Shown here: one piece after another, positions 62,906 to 64,000 of the stretch
Layout of the letters: each line of letters starts with the position of its first letter
Numbering within the stretch: the stretch's first letter is position 1
DNA from: Eledone cirrhosa
Taxonomy: Eukaryota
DNA: 64,000 bases
NCBI GenBank assembly: GCA_964016885.1
Contig: OZ024741.1
Span: forward strand, 109,120,001-109,184,000
Direction of reading: 5' to 3'
Notes under the pieces: model-generated
The model's database searches: none
Seen by the model: the letters and a program-made list of their open reading frames with translations, nothing else
What the model was told of the DNA's origin: nothing
Position numbers and translations under genes: made by a program

Positions 62906-64000
62906 TACAACTGTACCACAGTAAATAGAAATCGTGATGGCTATCCCGTTACATATAGAGAAAAAGTGTATATAGGAAACTTCGCTTCCAGAATCACATA
63001 TGGCAAAATGAGCAGATATTGTTATAATAATAGACGGGTTTATTATAGTGAATGCAAATTTCTGTAGAATATCTAGATATATATAGAAGGGAGAACTCAC
63101 AACCAAACCTGTCAATGACTTTTCCCTATACCTAGCACAGCTTGATCCTATATAGGTACATACCCACACTAACCATGTTAGTATGGTTTATAAACAGACC
63201 CATTGTGCGCTAACTGATAGTACAGCACAATAGTCTGTCGAAAGTCCAGAAAACACCGCCGCAGCTATAAAGCGGGTGAATTGGGCACCCAGGGTCTAGT
63301 TAACCTTAACCATAAAGTGTGTAATAGATCTAACCTAGTATAGTCAACCATGGTAGCAAATCGCGTGGGCTGGGCGCCGCTGAATCGACCTAGCCCCAGA
63401 GGGAAGGGGAGGTTGATCGCCGATGGCTTCGAATCAAACAAAAGACTCGCCCCTAGCACCCCGTTGGATATCTAATGAATCCGCTCTTTATGACGCGAAT
63501 TGCCTCCCATACCTTTCATACGTACACTACGACTTCCTGTGTTTATATTCAGATAACCGTTGTGTGTTACTGGCGAGAGACTAATCTTTGAAAGTTGGAG
63601 TTAGTTGAATATAAATTGTGTTCCGGCTTTGATGAATTATAAAACCACACTCAACGCAAAGTGCAGCACTGGATATTGAACTCCCGCCGACCCAGGAGGG
63701 GTCACACCCGACTGTGAATGGATTGCAACCTCCGGAGTCAATAATCTAAACGAAAACCACGTGGCGGAAATATAAATAACATGGCTGTCATTGACAGGTT
63801 TGGTTGTGAGTTCTCCCTTCTATATATATCTAGATATTCTACAGAAATTTGCACTCACTATAATAAACCCGTCTATTATTATAACAATATCTGCTCATTC
63901 TGCCATATGTGATTCTGGAAGCGGAGTTTCCTATATACACTTTTTCTCTATATGTAACGGGATAGCCATCACGATTTCTATTTACTGTGGTACAGTTGTA
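62906..64000. repeat. Inverted repeat, at least 214-bp arms, cut by the window end
   Basis: 62906-63119 is the near-exact reverse complement of 63787-64000. Weak GIY-YIG-like translation nearby (TYIG at about 63150, minus strand). Confidence 0.85.

Overview
Repeat-saturated eukaryotic DNA; I can support no intact host gene. The SINE family and microsatellite load suggest an octopus genome (inference from memory of the SINE, not checked). The centrepiece is two full-length L1-clade (Tx1-like) LINEs arranged head-to-tail, each with intact ORF1 and ORF2 and bounded by (ATT)n. Next to them lie two decayed R4/Dong-like RLE retrotransposons on the opposite strand of the same repeat type. Also present are RTE LINE fragments with (GAA)n tails, an internally deleted PHD+RLE (CRE-like) element, tRNA-derived SINEs and many Penelope-like element (PLE, Naiad-type) pieces inserted in (TA)n. 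I count about ten type I hammerhead ribozyme (HHR) motifs, intact or decayed. The most interesting pattern is that PLE 3' ends repeatedly appear as fold-back palindromes. The short ones turn inside HHR stem II, carry copy-specific variants mirrored in both arms, and end at a TA microhomology. Several unrelated PLE tails also share a TYGAGTRCT motif, and one 565-nt non-coding HHR unit has a retrozyme-like terminal redundancy. All folds, alignments and counts were made by eye.
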